From a candidate division WOR-3 bacterium (GTDB taxonomy: Bacteria; Hydrothermota; Hydrothermia; LBFQ01; DSFT01), in assembly GCA_965649115.1 (NCBI GenBank), contig CBFGJN010000041.1, positions 1-18,060 of the forward strand: a stretch of 18,060 nucleotides of DNA, read 5' to 3'. Of the stretch, positions 8,791 to 16,730 are shown one piece after another (position 1 is the stretch's first letter; each line of letters begins with the position of its first letter). A program made the translations under genes and the position numbers. Below the pieces are notes generated by a model, which worked only from the letters and a program-made list of their open reading frames with translations, was not told where the DNA came from and ran no database searches.

Positions 8791-9344
8791 TACCTATTTT
8801 AAAATCGCTTTTAATTCCTGGTTGGTCTCAATTTGATTTTGATAAAAGAAGTGCTTATCTTATGCTTTCTTCTGAAATTTTTTTGATTTCAACATATTTA
8901 TTTAAAACAAAGGAGGTAAATTTAATTGAAAGTCAATATAAGATATGGGCTTACAATTATTCAAATTGTGATAATTTCTCTGATAGTAGAATTTACCAAA
9001 TTATTGAAGATTTTTATAATAAGGAATTTTTTTTAATAAATCTTTACGATGAAGCAAGAAGAAGATATCCTGATGACCTTCAAGCACAGCAAAATTATAT
9101 AAATTTAAATAACATAAATGCCAATTGGCAGTGGAAAGATATTGAAACATTCTTTCATTACCAAGATTTAAGGTCAAATTATAGAAGAACCAAAGCATTT
9201 AGAGATATTATTGGTTTTACCATTATTGGCAATCATATTATTTCTGCTATTCATTCATTTTTATTTTATCCAAGAAATGATATTGAAATGAATTTTCTTC
9301 CTACTTATGATGGTTTTAAATTTCAAATTGTAAAGCATTTCTAA
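8787..9344 (+). CDS. Hypothetical, probably membrane-associated protein
   Basis: ATGA overlap with the upstream gene; N-terminal SLLIPGWSQ (SxxxPGxGQ-like motif) and hydrophobic segments. Confidence 0.8.
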   Translation: MIPILKSLLIPGWSQFDFDKRSAYLMLSSEIFLISTYLFKTKEVNLIESQYKIWAYNYSNCDNFSDSRIYQIIEDFYNKEFFLINLYDEARRRYPDDLQAQQNYINLNNINANWQWKDIETFFHYQDLRSNYRRTKAFRDIIGFTIIGNHIISAIHSFLFYPRNDIEMNFLPTYDGFKFQIVKHF

Positions 9345-10107
9345 TTACTTCTAACATTTCTTTGTGAAATTCTTCATTACAAGAACACAATAAATTACCA
9401 CTTTCAAAATAATTCTCTTTTCCTTCAAAATCACTAATAATTCCACCTGCTTCTTTTATAATAATTATTCCTGCTGCAATATCCCATTTGTTTAATTTAT
9501 ATTCCCAAAAACCATCAAATATCCCTTCTGCTAACATACACAAATCCAAGGCAGCAGAGCCAATTCTCCTTATTCCACTTGCATACTTACTAAAAGCTTT
9601 AAAAATTTTAACATAATCCTCAAGAATATCAAGTTCTCTATGAGGGAAGCCAGTTGCTAAAAATGAACCTCTTAAAGTTTTTCTTTTAGATGTCCAGATT
9701 TTTGAATTGTTTTTATATGAACCTTCATTTTTAACAGCATAATATAAATTTTCTTTAATTGGCTCATATACTACACCTAATATAATTTCATTTTTATATG
9801 ATAGGGCTATTGAAACACAAAAACTATCAAGACCTCTTAAAAAATTTTTAGTTCCATCAAGTGGATCTATGTACCATACATAATCGCTTTTACCAGTTCT
9901 ACCGCTCTCCTCGCAAATAATTTCGTGATCTTTAAAATGTTCAAGAATGTGGTTTTTTATGGCATTTTCACTTTCTATATCAGCTTTACTAACATAATCA
10001 TTATAGAATTTTTCATCAAATTCTATTTGTTTTTTAAAATAAAATTTAAGGATATTACCTCCAATATAAGCAGAAGTTATTGCAGTTTTAAGGAATGTTT
10101 TGATAAT
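9316..10107 (-). CDS. suhB: Inositol monophosphatase family protein (SuhB), ~263 aa, probable ATT or ATC start
   Basis: My translation of the open frame upstream of the tracked 77-aa ORF gives FLKTAITSAYIGG...DYVSKADIESE...ICEESG...WYIDPLDGTKNF...ATGFP...IRRIGSAALDL...WDIAAG. In-frame stop at 10138-10140. Confidence 0.92.
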   Translation of the reverse strand: MIKTFLKTAITSAYIGGNILKFYFKKQIEFDEKFYNDYVSKADIESENAIKNHILEHFKDHEIICEESGRTGKSDYVWYIDPLDGTKNFLRGLDSFCVSIALSYKNEIILGVVYEPIKENLYYAVKNEGSYKNNSKIWTSKRKTLRGSFLATGFPHRELDILEDYVKIFKAFSKYASGIRRIGSAALDLCMLAEGIFDGFWEYKLNKWDIAAGIIIIKEAGGIISDFEGKENYFESGNLLCSCNEEFHKEMLEVIRNALQFEI

Positions 10108-10112
10108 AAAAA

Positions 10113-10118
10113 ATTTTA
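10113..10118 (-). promoter_or_regulatory. Putative -10 box for suhB
   Basis: Minus strand reads gcttTAAAATtttttATTATCaaa, the same context as the other gene starts in the window. Confidence 0.55.
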
Positions 10119-10140
10119 AAGCGCATTGATGGAGTGTCTA

Positions 10141-10319
10141 TGCCTTGTCTAGTAATTCTGAAAGTCCTTATTTTTCTATGTTTTCTTACCCACTATGATA
10201 TTAAGCGGACGGCTTTAAAATAACCCAATCTTATGCCTTTGGGGGTAAAGCCCCCCATTAAAACCCACCTTTAATAAATTTTAATAAAATTTTTATAAAT
10301 CCATTTATTGGACAAATCA
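10141..10319 (-). mobile_element. MITE-like element, copy B (internally deleted, 179 bp)
   Basis: Ends tgccttgtctagtaatt / ttattggacaaatca. Flanking 9-mers gagtgtcta (10132-10140) and gtgtgtcta (10320-10328). Confidence 0.85.
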
Positions 10320-10334
10320 GTGTGTCTATTTTAT

Positions 10335-10467
10335 TATATTTTTCCCTCCCACCCTATGAATAAGCCTTCGGCTTATAAATACCCTTAAATAATGTTAAGT
10401 CCTTGAATATAGGGTGGATTGGAGAAATAAAGAAAAATAAATGATTTTAGAATTACTAGACAAAACA
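10335..10467. mobile_element. Two oppositely oriented MITE right-arm fragments (copy C)
   Basis: Reverse fragment cccaccctatgaataagccttcggcttataaataccc, then forward fragment atagggtgg...agaattactagacaaaaca ending at 10467. Confidence 0.8.
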
Positions 10468-10496
10468 GCCTGCCAACAATTTTCAACTTTAAAATT

Positions 10497-12026
10497 TTGA
10501 TACACTTGTTTATTCTTCCTTTCCATATTGATTCAATTTGGATTTTTAAGGATAGCTTAAATAAAGTTTTATTTATAAAAAGGGAAAATTTTAGTTATGT
10601 TTCTTCATTCACTAATGGAGTAGCAAGATTTAATATAAATGGAAAATGTAATTTTATGGACGAATGTGAGGGAGGTTATTGGGGAATAATTGATTACAAA
10701 GGAAACATATTATTAAATAATTTGGAGTGGGTAGGTGAATTCGTTGGTAATTATGCGATTTTCCAAAAAGGTTATAAATTTGGTCTATTAAGGAGGGATG
10801 GAAGAATAATTCTCCCTGCCAAATTAGATGAAATTATTATTGTTGATAGTAATTTTATTCTTTATAGAATTGGTAATAATTGGGGCATTGCAAATTCAAA
10901 AGGTTATGTTTTATATGAAGCTCAATTTAATAGTTTTATAAAAATTAATGATTCTTTATTTCTGGTTACAAAAGGTGGAGAATGTGATGTTTTTAACAGA
11001 TGTGAAGGTAATAAATTTGGAATTATCAATAAGAATGGGAATTTTTTAATTCCATTAAAATTTGATGGGATTGGTGAAATCAAGGACAGCTTTATTGAAG
11101 TTAGTTTAAATGACTTGTGGGGTTTGATGAAACTGAATGGAAAATTAATTATAGATATTAAATATGAAGATTTATTTTATTTATGTTCTTATGTTTGGTT
11201 TAAAGAGAATGGTAAATGGGGCCTTATGGACTTGAATAAAAAAATTTTAATAAAGCCTAAGTATTCTGCAATTAGTAGAATTGAAAATACAAACTTTATT
11301 AAAACGAAAATTGATGAAAAGTGGGGACTAATGAATTGTAAAGGAAAAGAAATTTTAAAAAACGAATTTGATAATATAAGTTATTTAAATGAAGGATATT
11401 TTATAATTGAAAAAAATAATTTGAGGGGTGTTGTTGATAGTGTTGGAAATTTGATTATTGATATAAAATTTAAAGATATAAGTTATGGGAATGGAAAATT
11501 CATTTTGTACGATGGTGATTATTGGAGATTTAAAAATATAAAGTTTAATTATTTAGAGTTTGTAAATGGTTTGCTTCTTGCCAAAAAAGATGGATTTTTT
11601 GGTATTATTGATACTAATGGTACTACTATAATTGACTTTTATTATGATAGTATTAGAGTTTTTAATAACTTCATTTTTGCTAAAAAATCAAATTATTGGT
11701 CATTATTTACTACGAAATTTGAAAAAATTTCTGAAAATATAGATAGTTTCGTTGTTTTTGAAAATTTTTTAAAATTTAGAAAGTTTGGAAAGTGGGGTTT
11801 AATCTCAAATAATGGTAATATACTGCTAAATGCTGAATATGATTATATTGATAGTTTAGATGCTAATGGACTTATTAGAATTGTTAAGGATGGATATTTT
11901 GGACTTTTCGATTTAAATAAGGGAATTATCTTGAAGCCAAAATATAAGTTCATTTATCGCTTTTATAAAAATGCCTATAAGCTTATAGAAGAAAATAGTT
12001 TTAATTATTTTATATATGAAAATTAG
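10497..12026 (+). CDS. WG-repeat-containing protein (start uncertain)
   Basis: Many repeats of the form K(W/F)G(L/I)(I/M)(D/N)xxGxxxxxxx(Y/F)D; two Cys-containing inserts (GKCNFMDECEGG, GECDVFNRCEGN). Confidence 0.88.
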   Translation: MIHLFILPFHIDSIWIFKDSLNKVLFIKRENFSYVSSFTNGVARFNINGKCNFMDECEGGYWGIIDYKGNILLNNLEWVGEFVGNYAIFQKGYKFGLLRRDGRIILPAKLDEIIIVDSNFILYRIGNNWGIANSKGYVLYEAQFNSFIKINDSLFLVTKGGECDVFNRCEGNKFGIINKNGNFLIPLKFDGIGEIKDSFIEVSLNDLWGLMKLNGKLIIDIKYEDLFYLCSYVWFKENGKWGLMDLNKKILIKPKYSAISRIENTNFIKTKIDEKWGLMNCKGKEILKNEFDNISYLNEGYFIIEKNNLRGVVDSVGNLIIDIKFKDISYGNGKFILYDGDYWRFKNIKFNYLEFVNGLLLAKKDGFFGIIDTNGTTIIDFYYDSIRVFNNFIFAKKSNYWSLFTTKFEKISENIDSFVVFENFLKFRKFGKWGLISNNGNILLNAEYDYIDSLDANGLIRIVKDGYFGLFDLNKGIILKPKYKFIYRFYKNAYKLIEENSFNYFIYEN

Positions 12027-12822
12027 TGGTTTTACTTTTTTGAGAAATGCTGTTTTAAATAATTATCCATTTTTGGCTTCCATTAAATCAATTTTACCAA
12101 TTGTTGATGAGTTTATTGTTGTTGTTTGTGATTCAGATGATGGAACATTAGAGTTAGTTAAAACTATTAATAATTCAAAAATTAAAATTATTCAAGCACC
12201 TTTTGTTTCAAGTGAAGATTGGGTTTATGCAAGATATACTAATTTAGCTTATTTTCTTTGTTCGGGAGATTGGTGTTTTTATATTCAGGCTGATGAAATT
12301 GTTCCCGAATGGGAACTTGAGAAAATTTATAATTGTATGGAAAAATTTTTTAAAGTTAAGGAAGTTGAAGGAATTTTATTAAATTATAGACATTTTTATG
12401 GAAGTTTTAGATATTATAGAATTGATAGAGGTTGGTATAGTAAGGAAGTTAGAATTATAAGGAATAACTTGAATATATATTCCTATAAAGATGCGCAAGG
12501 TTTTAGATTGTTAAAAGGCTCTAAATTTAGAAAATTAAATGTTGTTGATAGTAAGGCTTATATTTATCATTATGGTTTTGTTTTTAAAAATTTAAAACAT
12601 AGAATTTATAAAAATTGTAAAAAAGAATGGCTTTGTGAATACAACGATAAGCATCCAAAAGTTTTAGAAGATTATATTAAGAATTATAAAGATAATTTTG
12701 ACCCAAATAATTGTAATTATGAACTAAATTTTGAGAATTTTATAAAACTTTTTAAGGAATTCTTTGATAGTATAATCGGAAGGAGACTTTTTGAATATAA
12801 ACCTTATCGTGAAATTAAATAA
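12016..12822 (+). CDS. Glycosyltransferase family 2 protein
   Basis: SGFTFLRN, SIKSILPIVDEFIVV, SDDGT, GDWCFYIQADE (DxD-like), IYHYG. Confidence 0.88.
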   Translation: MKISGFTFLRNAVLNNYPFLASIKSILPIVDEFIVVVCDSDDGTLELVKTINNSKIKIIQAPFVSSEDWVYARYTNLAYFLCSGDWCFYIQADEIVPEWELEKIYNCMEKFFKVKEVEGILLNYRHFYGSFRYYRIDRGWYSKEVRIIRNNLNIYSYKDAQGFRLLKGSKFRKLNVVDSKAYIYHYGFVFKNLKHRIYKNCKKEWLCEYNDKHPKVLEDYIKNYKDNFDPNNCNYELNFENFIKLFKEFFDSIIGRRLFEYKPYREIK

Positions 12823-12823
12823 G

Positions 12824-12895
12824 CTGGGGCGGGAGGACTCGAACCTCCACTCGCGGCTCCAAAGACCGCTGTCCTGCCGATTAGACGACGCCCCA
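12824..12895 (-). tRNA. tRNA-Gln (anticodon TTG), CCA not encoded
   Basis: Minus strand TGGGGCG...GCGGT CT TTG GA GCCGC...GGAGG TTCGAGT CCTCC CGCCCCA G; complete cloverleaf with a U1-A72 pair. Confidence 0.97.
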
Positions 12896-12910
12896 AAGTA
12901 AAGCATTAAA

Positions 12911-12916
12911 ATTTTA
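12911..12916 (-). promoter_or_regulatory. Putative -10 box for tRNA-Gln
   Basis: Minus strand reads gcttTAAAATtttaatg, 15 nt before the mature tRNA 5' end. Confidence 0.55.
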
Positions 12917-12930
12917 AAGCATAAAGAAAT

Positions 12931-13135
12931 TGCCTTGTCCAATAATTCTGGAATTATTTATTTTTCTTTATTTTCCCACCCACCCTATATTCAAGGCTTC
13001 GCCTTTAAAATACCCATATTTCGGCTTTGGGGGGCGGAAGCCCCCCATTAAAACCCCCCTTAAATCAATAACTTCCTTAAAGCTTTTATAAATTATTGAT
13101 TATCAAGCATTTAACAATAATTACTGGACAAAGCA
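12931..13135 (-). mobile_element. MITE-like element, full copy D (205 bp)
   Basis: TIRs tgccttgtccaataatt / aattactggacaaagca; perfect 9-bp duplication taaagaaat at 12922-12930 and 13136-13144. Confidence 0.93.
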
Positions 13136-13144
13136 TAAAGAAAT

Positions 13145-13197
13145 TGCTGTTTATAATCTCCCTATTAAATCAAGAATTCCAATAAAATCTTTGAACA
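13145..13197 (-). mobile_element. Collapsed MITE remnant in tandem with copy D
   Basis: Starts tgctgt, ends aaca, contains ataatctccctattaaatcaa (element interior) and is followed by a third taaagaaat at 13198-13206. Confidence 0.6.
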
Positions 13198-13220
13198 TAA
13201 AGAAATTCATTTTCAAACTT

Positions 13221-13226
13221 TAAAAT
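13221..13226 (+). promoter_or_regulatory. Putative -10 box of the leaderless ispH promoter
   Basis: cttTAAAATtttgaaaATG (7-nt spacer to ATG 13234). Confidence 0.6.
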
Positions 13227-13233
13227 TTTGAAA

Positions 13234-14151
13234 ATGTCATTTAAAATATATTTAGCTAGACCGAGGGGTTTTTGTGCAGGTGTTGATAGAGCAATTGAAA
13301 TAGTTAGATTAGCAATAAAAAAATACGGAAAACCAATATATGTTAAACATGCAATTGTTCATAACAAATTTGTTGTTAAGGAGCTTGAAAAAGAAGGTGC
13401 TATATTTGTTGAAGATATAAATGAGATTCCAGATAATTCAATAGTTGTATTTTCTGCACATGGCTCACCTCCAAGTCATTATGAGATTGCTAAAAAGAAA
13501 AATTTAAAAGTAATTGATGCTACATGCCCACTTGTAAATAAAGTTCATAAGGAAGCTATTGAATTTGTAAAAAATGGATATTACATTATTTATGTTGGAC
13601 ATAAAAATCATGTTGAAGCAATAGGAATAAAGGGAGAGGCAGAAGACAAAATAGATATTATTGAAACAAAAGAAGAAGCATTAAATTATATTCCAAAATC
13701 TGAAAAATTAGCCTTATTAACTCAAACTACTTTAAGCGTTGATGATACAAAGGAAATAATTGATATTTTAAAAAAAAGATTTCCTCAAATTATCTTACCA
13801 AAGAAAGAAGATATTTGCTATGCTACACAAAACAGACAAGATGCAGTTAAAAGAATTGCTAAAATATGCGATGTTATTTTTGTTATTGGTTCAAAAGAAA
13901 GTTCCAATTCTAATAGATTAAGAGAAGTGGCAGAAAAATATGGCGCTAAATCTTATTTAATTGAAAGTTATGAATATATAAATGATAATTGGTTAAATAA
14001 TGTCAAGAATGTTGGAATTACATCGGGAGCATCAACACCTGAGATATTAGTTCAAAAAACAATTGATTACTTATTGGAGAGAGGCGGAGAGGAAGTTATA
14101 GAAATTGAAAATGCTATTGAAAGAATAAAATTTCAGCTTCCCAATATATGA
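13234..14151 (+). CDS. ispH: 4-hydroxy-3-methylbut-2-enyl diphosphate reductase
   Basis: PRGFCAGVDRA, IVHN, FSAHG, DATCPLV, QTTLS, DICYATQNRQ, SSNSNRL, GASTPE; all three Fe-S cysteines present. Confidence 0.99.
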   Translation: MSFKIYLARPRGFCAGVDRAIEIVRLAIKKYGKPIYVKHAIVHNKFVVKELEKEGAIFVEDINEIPDNSIVVFSAHGSPPSHYEIAKKKNLKVIDATCPLVNKVHKEAIEFVKNGYYIIYVGHKNHVEAIGIKGEAEDKIDIIETKEEALNYIPKSEKLALLTQTTLSVDDTKEIIDILKKRFPQIILPKKEDICYATQNRQDAVKRIAKICDVIFVIGSKESSNSNRLREVAEKYGAKSYLIESYEYINDNWLNNVKNVGITSGASTPEILVQKTIDYLLERGGEEVIEIENAIERIKFQLPNI

Positions 14152-14921
14152 GTGTTTTAACATTTAAAACAAAACTAAAAATTTTTATAATTAGTTTATT
14201 ATTCTTTTCATTTTTGATTGTATCAGCTATTGTTGTAGAATTTAACTTATTTAATTTAATTTTTGGCGTAGGTAGAATTTTTGATTTTTTATATGCTTTA
14301 ATGAAACCTAATTTTTCTTATTTTCCTATAATTTTCCAAAAACTTATGGAAACAATTAAAATTTCAATAATAGGAACTACAATAGCAGTTATTTTATCAT
14401 TCCCTTTTAGTTTTCTTGCTACAAATGTAGTTATGAAAAATAAAATAATTTATTATTTTTCAAGAATCTTTATGAACTTCATCAGAACAATACCAGATAT
14501 TGTTCTTGCATCAATTTTTGTTGCTATATTTGGAATTGGAGCTCTTCCTGGTATTTTAGCCATAAGCTTATTTTCTTTTGGAATAATAACAAAATTATTA
14601 TCAGAAGATATAGATGCTATTGACAAAAATCAGCTAGAAGGTGTAATTTCAACAGGTTCTAATACTATTCAAATGATTTATTTTGGAATAATTCCTCAAA
14701 TTTTACCAAATTTTATATCTTATAGTTTATATACATTTGAGGTAAATGTAAGAGTTTCAGTTGTTTTGGGTCTTGTAGGAGCAGGTGGAATTGGTCAAAT
14801 TTTGATAGAAAATATCAGATTAATGAATTATGAAAATGTTAGCATGATAGTTTTTATAACATTTTTAGCTGTTTTAATAATTGATACTACAAGTGAGAAA
14901 ATAAGGGAGAAAATTTTATGA
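14148..14921 (+). CDS. phnE: Phosphonate/phosphite ABC transporter permease PhnE
   Basis: RTIPDIV, FGIGALPGILA, KLLSEDIDAID, FEVNVRVSVVLGLVGAGGIG; ATGA overlap with ispH. Confidence 0.92.
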   Translation: MSVLTFKTKLKIFIISLLFFSFLIVSAIVVEFNLFNLIFGVGRIFDFLYALMKPNFSYFPIIFQKLMETIKISIIGTTIAVILSFPFSFLATNVVMKNKIIYYFSRIFMNFIRTIPDIVLASIFVAIFGIGALPGILAISLFSFGIITKLLSEDIDAIDKNQLEGVISTGSNTIQMIYFGIIPQILPNFISYSLYTFEVNVRVSVVLGLVGAGGIGQILIENIRLMNYENVSMIVFITFLAVLIIDTTSEKIREKIL

Positions 14922-15676
14922 GAAAGAGGAATTTTTTTATTTTGCTTGTTGTTATTATGGTTTATTATTGGGCTATAAGTTCAATAGATATTAATTTAAA
15001 TAGGATTGTAGAAGGTCTTCCAAGAGGTTTAATTATCATTAAAAGAATGTTTTTTAATTCTTTAAATTTACTATTTACGAATTTCTTTTTTGATATGTTA
15101 TTTGAAATGCTAAAAACTCTTGCAATTGCTTATTTTGGAACATTCATTGCATCTATATTAGCAGTTCCATTTGGTTTCTTATCTGCTGTAAATTTTTCAA
15201 GATATTCAAGGGTTTTTAAAGTTATCTTAAATTTCATTAGAACTTTTCCTGAAATTTTACTTGCTATTATATTTGTTAGTGTTGTAGGACCTGGGCCCTT
15301 TGCAGGTTCTCTTGCTATTGGAATTCATTCAATTGGTATGCTCGGGAAGCTATATACCGAAGCAATAGAGAATATAGATAAAGGAGTTATTGAAGCGGTA
15401 GATAGTGTAGGAGCAAATTTTTGGCAAAAATTCTTTTTTGGTATAATTCCACAAGTATTTGTTTATTTTTCTAATTATTCAATTTATAGATTTGAATTAG
15501 CTTTAAGAAGTGCTACAATTGTTGGAATGGTTGGAGCAGGAGGAATAGGAACTCAATTAATTTTAAAAGTTCAGAATAGAAGTTGGGAACAAGTTGGAAT
15601 TATCATAATTATTATAATAATTACCGTTGCTATTGTTGATTTTGTTTCATATCAAATAAGAAAAAGGCTTGTTTAA
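14918..15676 (+). CDS. phnE: Phosphonate/phosphite ABC transporter permease PhnE (second subunit)
   Basis: RTFPEI, VGPGPFAG, GMLGKLYTEAIENID, FELALRSATIVGMVGAGGIG; ATGA overlap. Confidence 0.92.
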   Translation: MRKRNFFILLVVIMVYYWAISSIDINLNRIVEGLPRGLIIIKRMFFNSLNLLFTNFFFDMLFEMLKTLAIAYFGTFIASILAVPFGFLSAVNFSRYSRVFKVILNFIRTFPEILLAIIFVSVVGPGPFAGSLAIGIHSIGMLGKLYTEAIENIDKGVIEAVDSVGANFWQKFFFGIIPQVFVYFSNYSIYRFELALRSATIVGMVGAGGIGTQLILKVQNRSWEQVGIIIIIIIITVAIVDFVSYQIRKRLV

Positions 15677-15689
15677 AAGGAGGTTAAAA

Positions 15690-16378
15690 ACAGTGTAAAG
15701 ATGGGCAAAAAAAGATTCAAGAAAGGATAAATAGTATAGCCGATAGACTTCTTGAATTTCTATTTCAAGTTTCAAGTAAGGATATAATAAGGAATGTTTA
15801 AAATCAATTTTGAAGGAAATAGAAAGCAATTTGCTCAAAAAATTGGAATTTAACTGAGAAATGTTTAAGGTCCGAGTTTAGAGCAATTGGTATTAAGGAG
15901 GCAATATTCATTTGTCCTGAAAGGATTTATAATCAAGATTATGCTGATATTTTGTTTGAAAAAGTTGTTATTCACGAGCTTGTTCATGCTTATATTAAAG
16001 AAAAATCCATATTACAAATATGATTTTGGCAGAGTTATTGAAGAGAGTTTAGCAAATGCTATTGCTTTTATTCACTTTAAAGGTTATGAAAGGAATGTTA
16101 TTTCAGAGTTCATAAATAATCAACCAGTGGAATATCAAGGTTGCTATTTTTGGTTAAAATTTTTAGACCAAACTATCCTTCAATTTCTTGAAATATGGAA
16201 AAGAAATGTTTATTTTTTAGATCATTTAAGGTATTTTGAAGATTGGCATTTTGAATTATTTCTTTTAAGAAGATTTAACGGTTATGTCCAAGCAATTTTA
16301 AGCCCTTACTTTCCTTGGCTTTTCCCGCCTCATTTGATTAATAGGAATATGGAACCAATTTATAAATTGCTTGCTTAG
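15690..16378 (+). pseudogene. Frameshifted HExxH zincin-like metalloprotein gene
   Basis: One frame gives IFICPERI...KVVIHELVHAYIKE (His at 15973). A +1 shift in the A5 run at 16001-16005 joins NPYYKYDFGRVIEESLANAIAF. More breaks lie upstream. Confidence 0.7.
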
Positions 16379-16389
16379 CCTATATTTTA

Positions 16390-16484
16390 TGCTTTTTCTA
16401 ATAAACAGGGGGGCAATGGGTATTTATAAGCCGTAGGCTTTAAACATAGAAAAATAAATGATTTCAGAATTACTAGACATAGCA
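16390..16484 (+). mobile_element. Internally deleted MITE copy E (95 bp)
   Basis: Ends tgctttttctaataa / aattactagacatagca; retains atgggtatttataagccgtaggctt. Confidence 0.8.
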
Positions 16485-16493
16485 CATCATTTA

Positions 16494-16697
16494 TGTTTTG
16501 TCCAGTAATTATTGCTAAATGCTTGATTATCAATGACTTACGAAAATTTCAATAAAACTATTGATTTTATGGGGGATTATAGGGGGGCGAAGCCCCCCAT
16601 AGCCGAAAAATGGGTATTTATAAGCCGAAGGCTTATTCATAGGGTGGGTGGGAAAAATATAGAAAAACATATGTTTCCAGAATTACTAGATAAGGCA
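16494..16697 (+). mobile_element. MITE-like element, full copy F (204 bp)
   Basis: TIRs tgttttgtccagtaatt / aattactagataaggca; perfect 9-bp duplication catcattta at 16485-16493 and 16698-16706. Confidence 0.93.
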
Positions 16698-16718
16698 CAT
16701 CATTTAAAACTTATCCTT

Positions 16719-16724
16719 TAAAAT
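16719..16724 (+). promoter_or_regulatory. Putative -10 box of a leaderless promoter
   Basis: cttTAAAATttcaatATG (6-nt spacer to ATG 16731). Confidence 0.55.
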
Positions 16725-16730
16725 TTCAAT

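Noticed and set aside
7932..10119. ORFs 7932..8147, 8508..8741, 9001..9198 and 9925..10119
   Set aside because: Antisense shadows of glmL, the 185-aa gene and suhB.
12724..12942. Minus-strand 72-aa ORF
   Set aside because: Runs from a MITE end through the tRNA-Gln gene.
16381..16706. CRISPR-like reading of the repeat-unit-repeat pattern
   Set aside because: Repeats are only 9 bp and locus-specific, the units are homologous to each other, and there are no cas genes.
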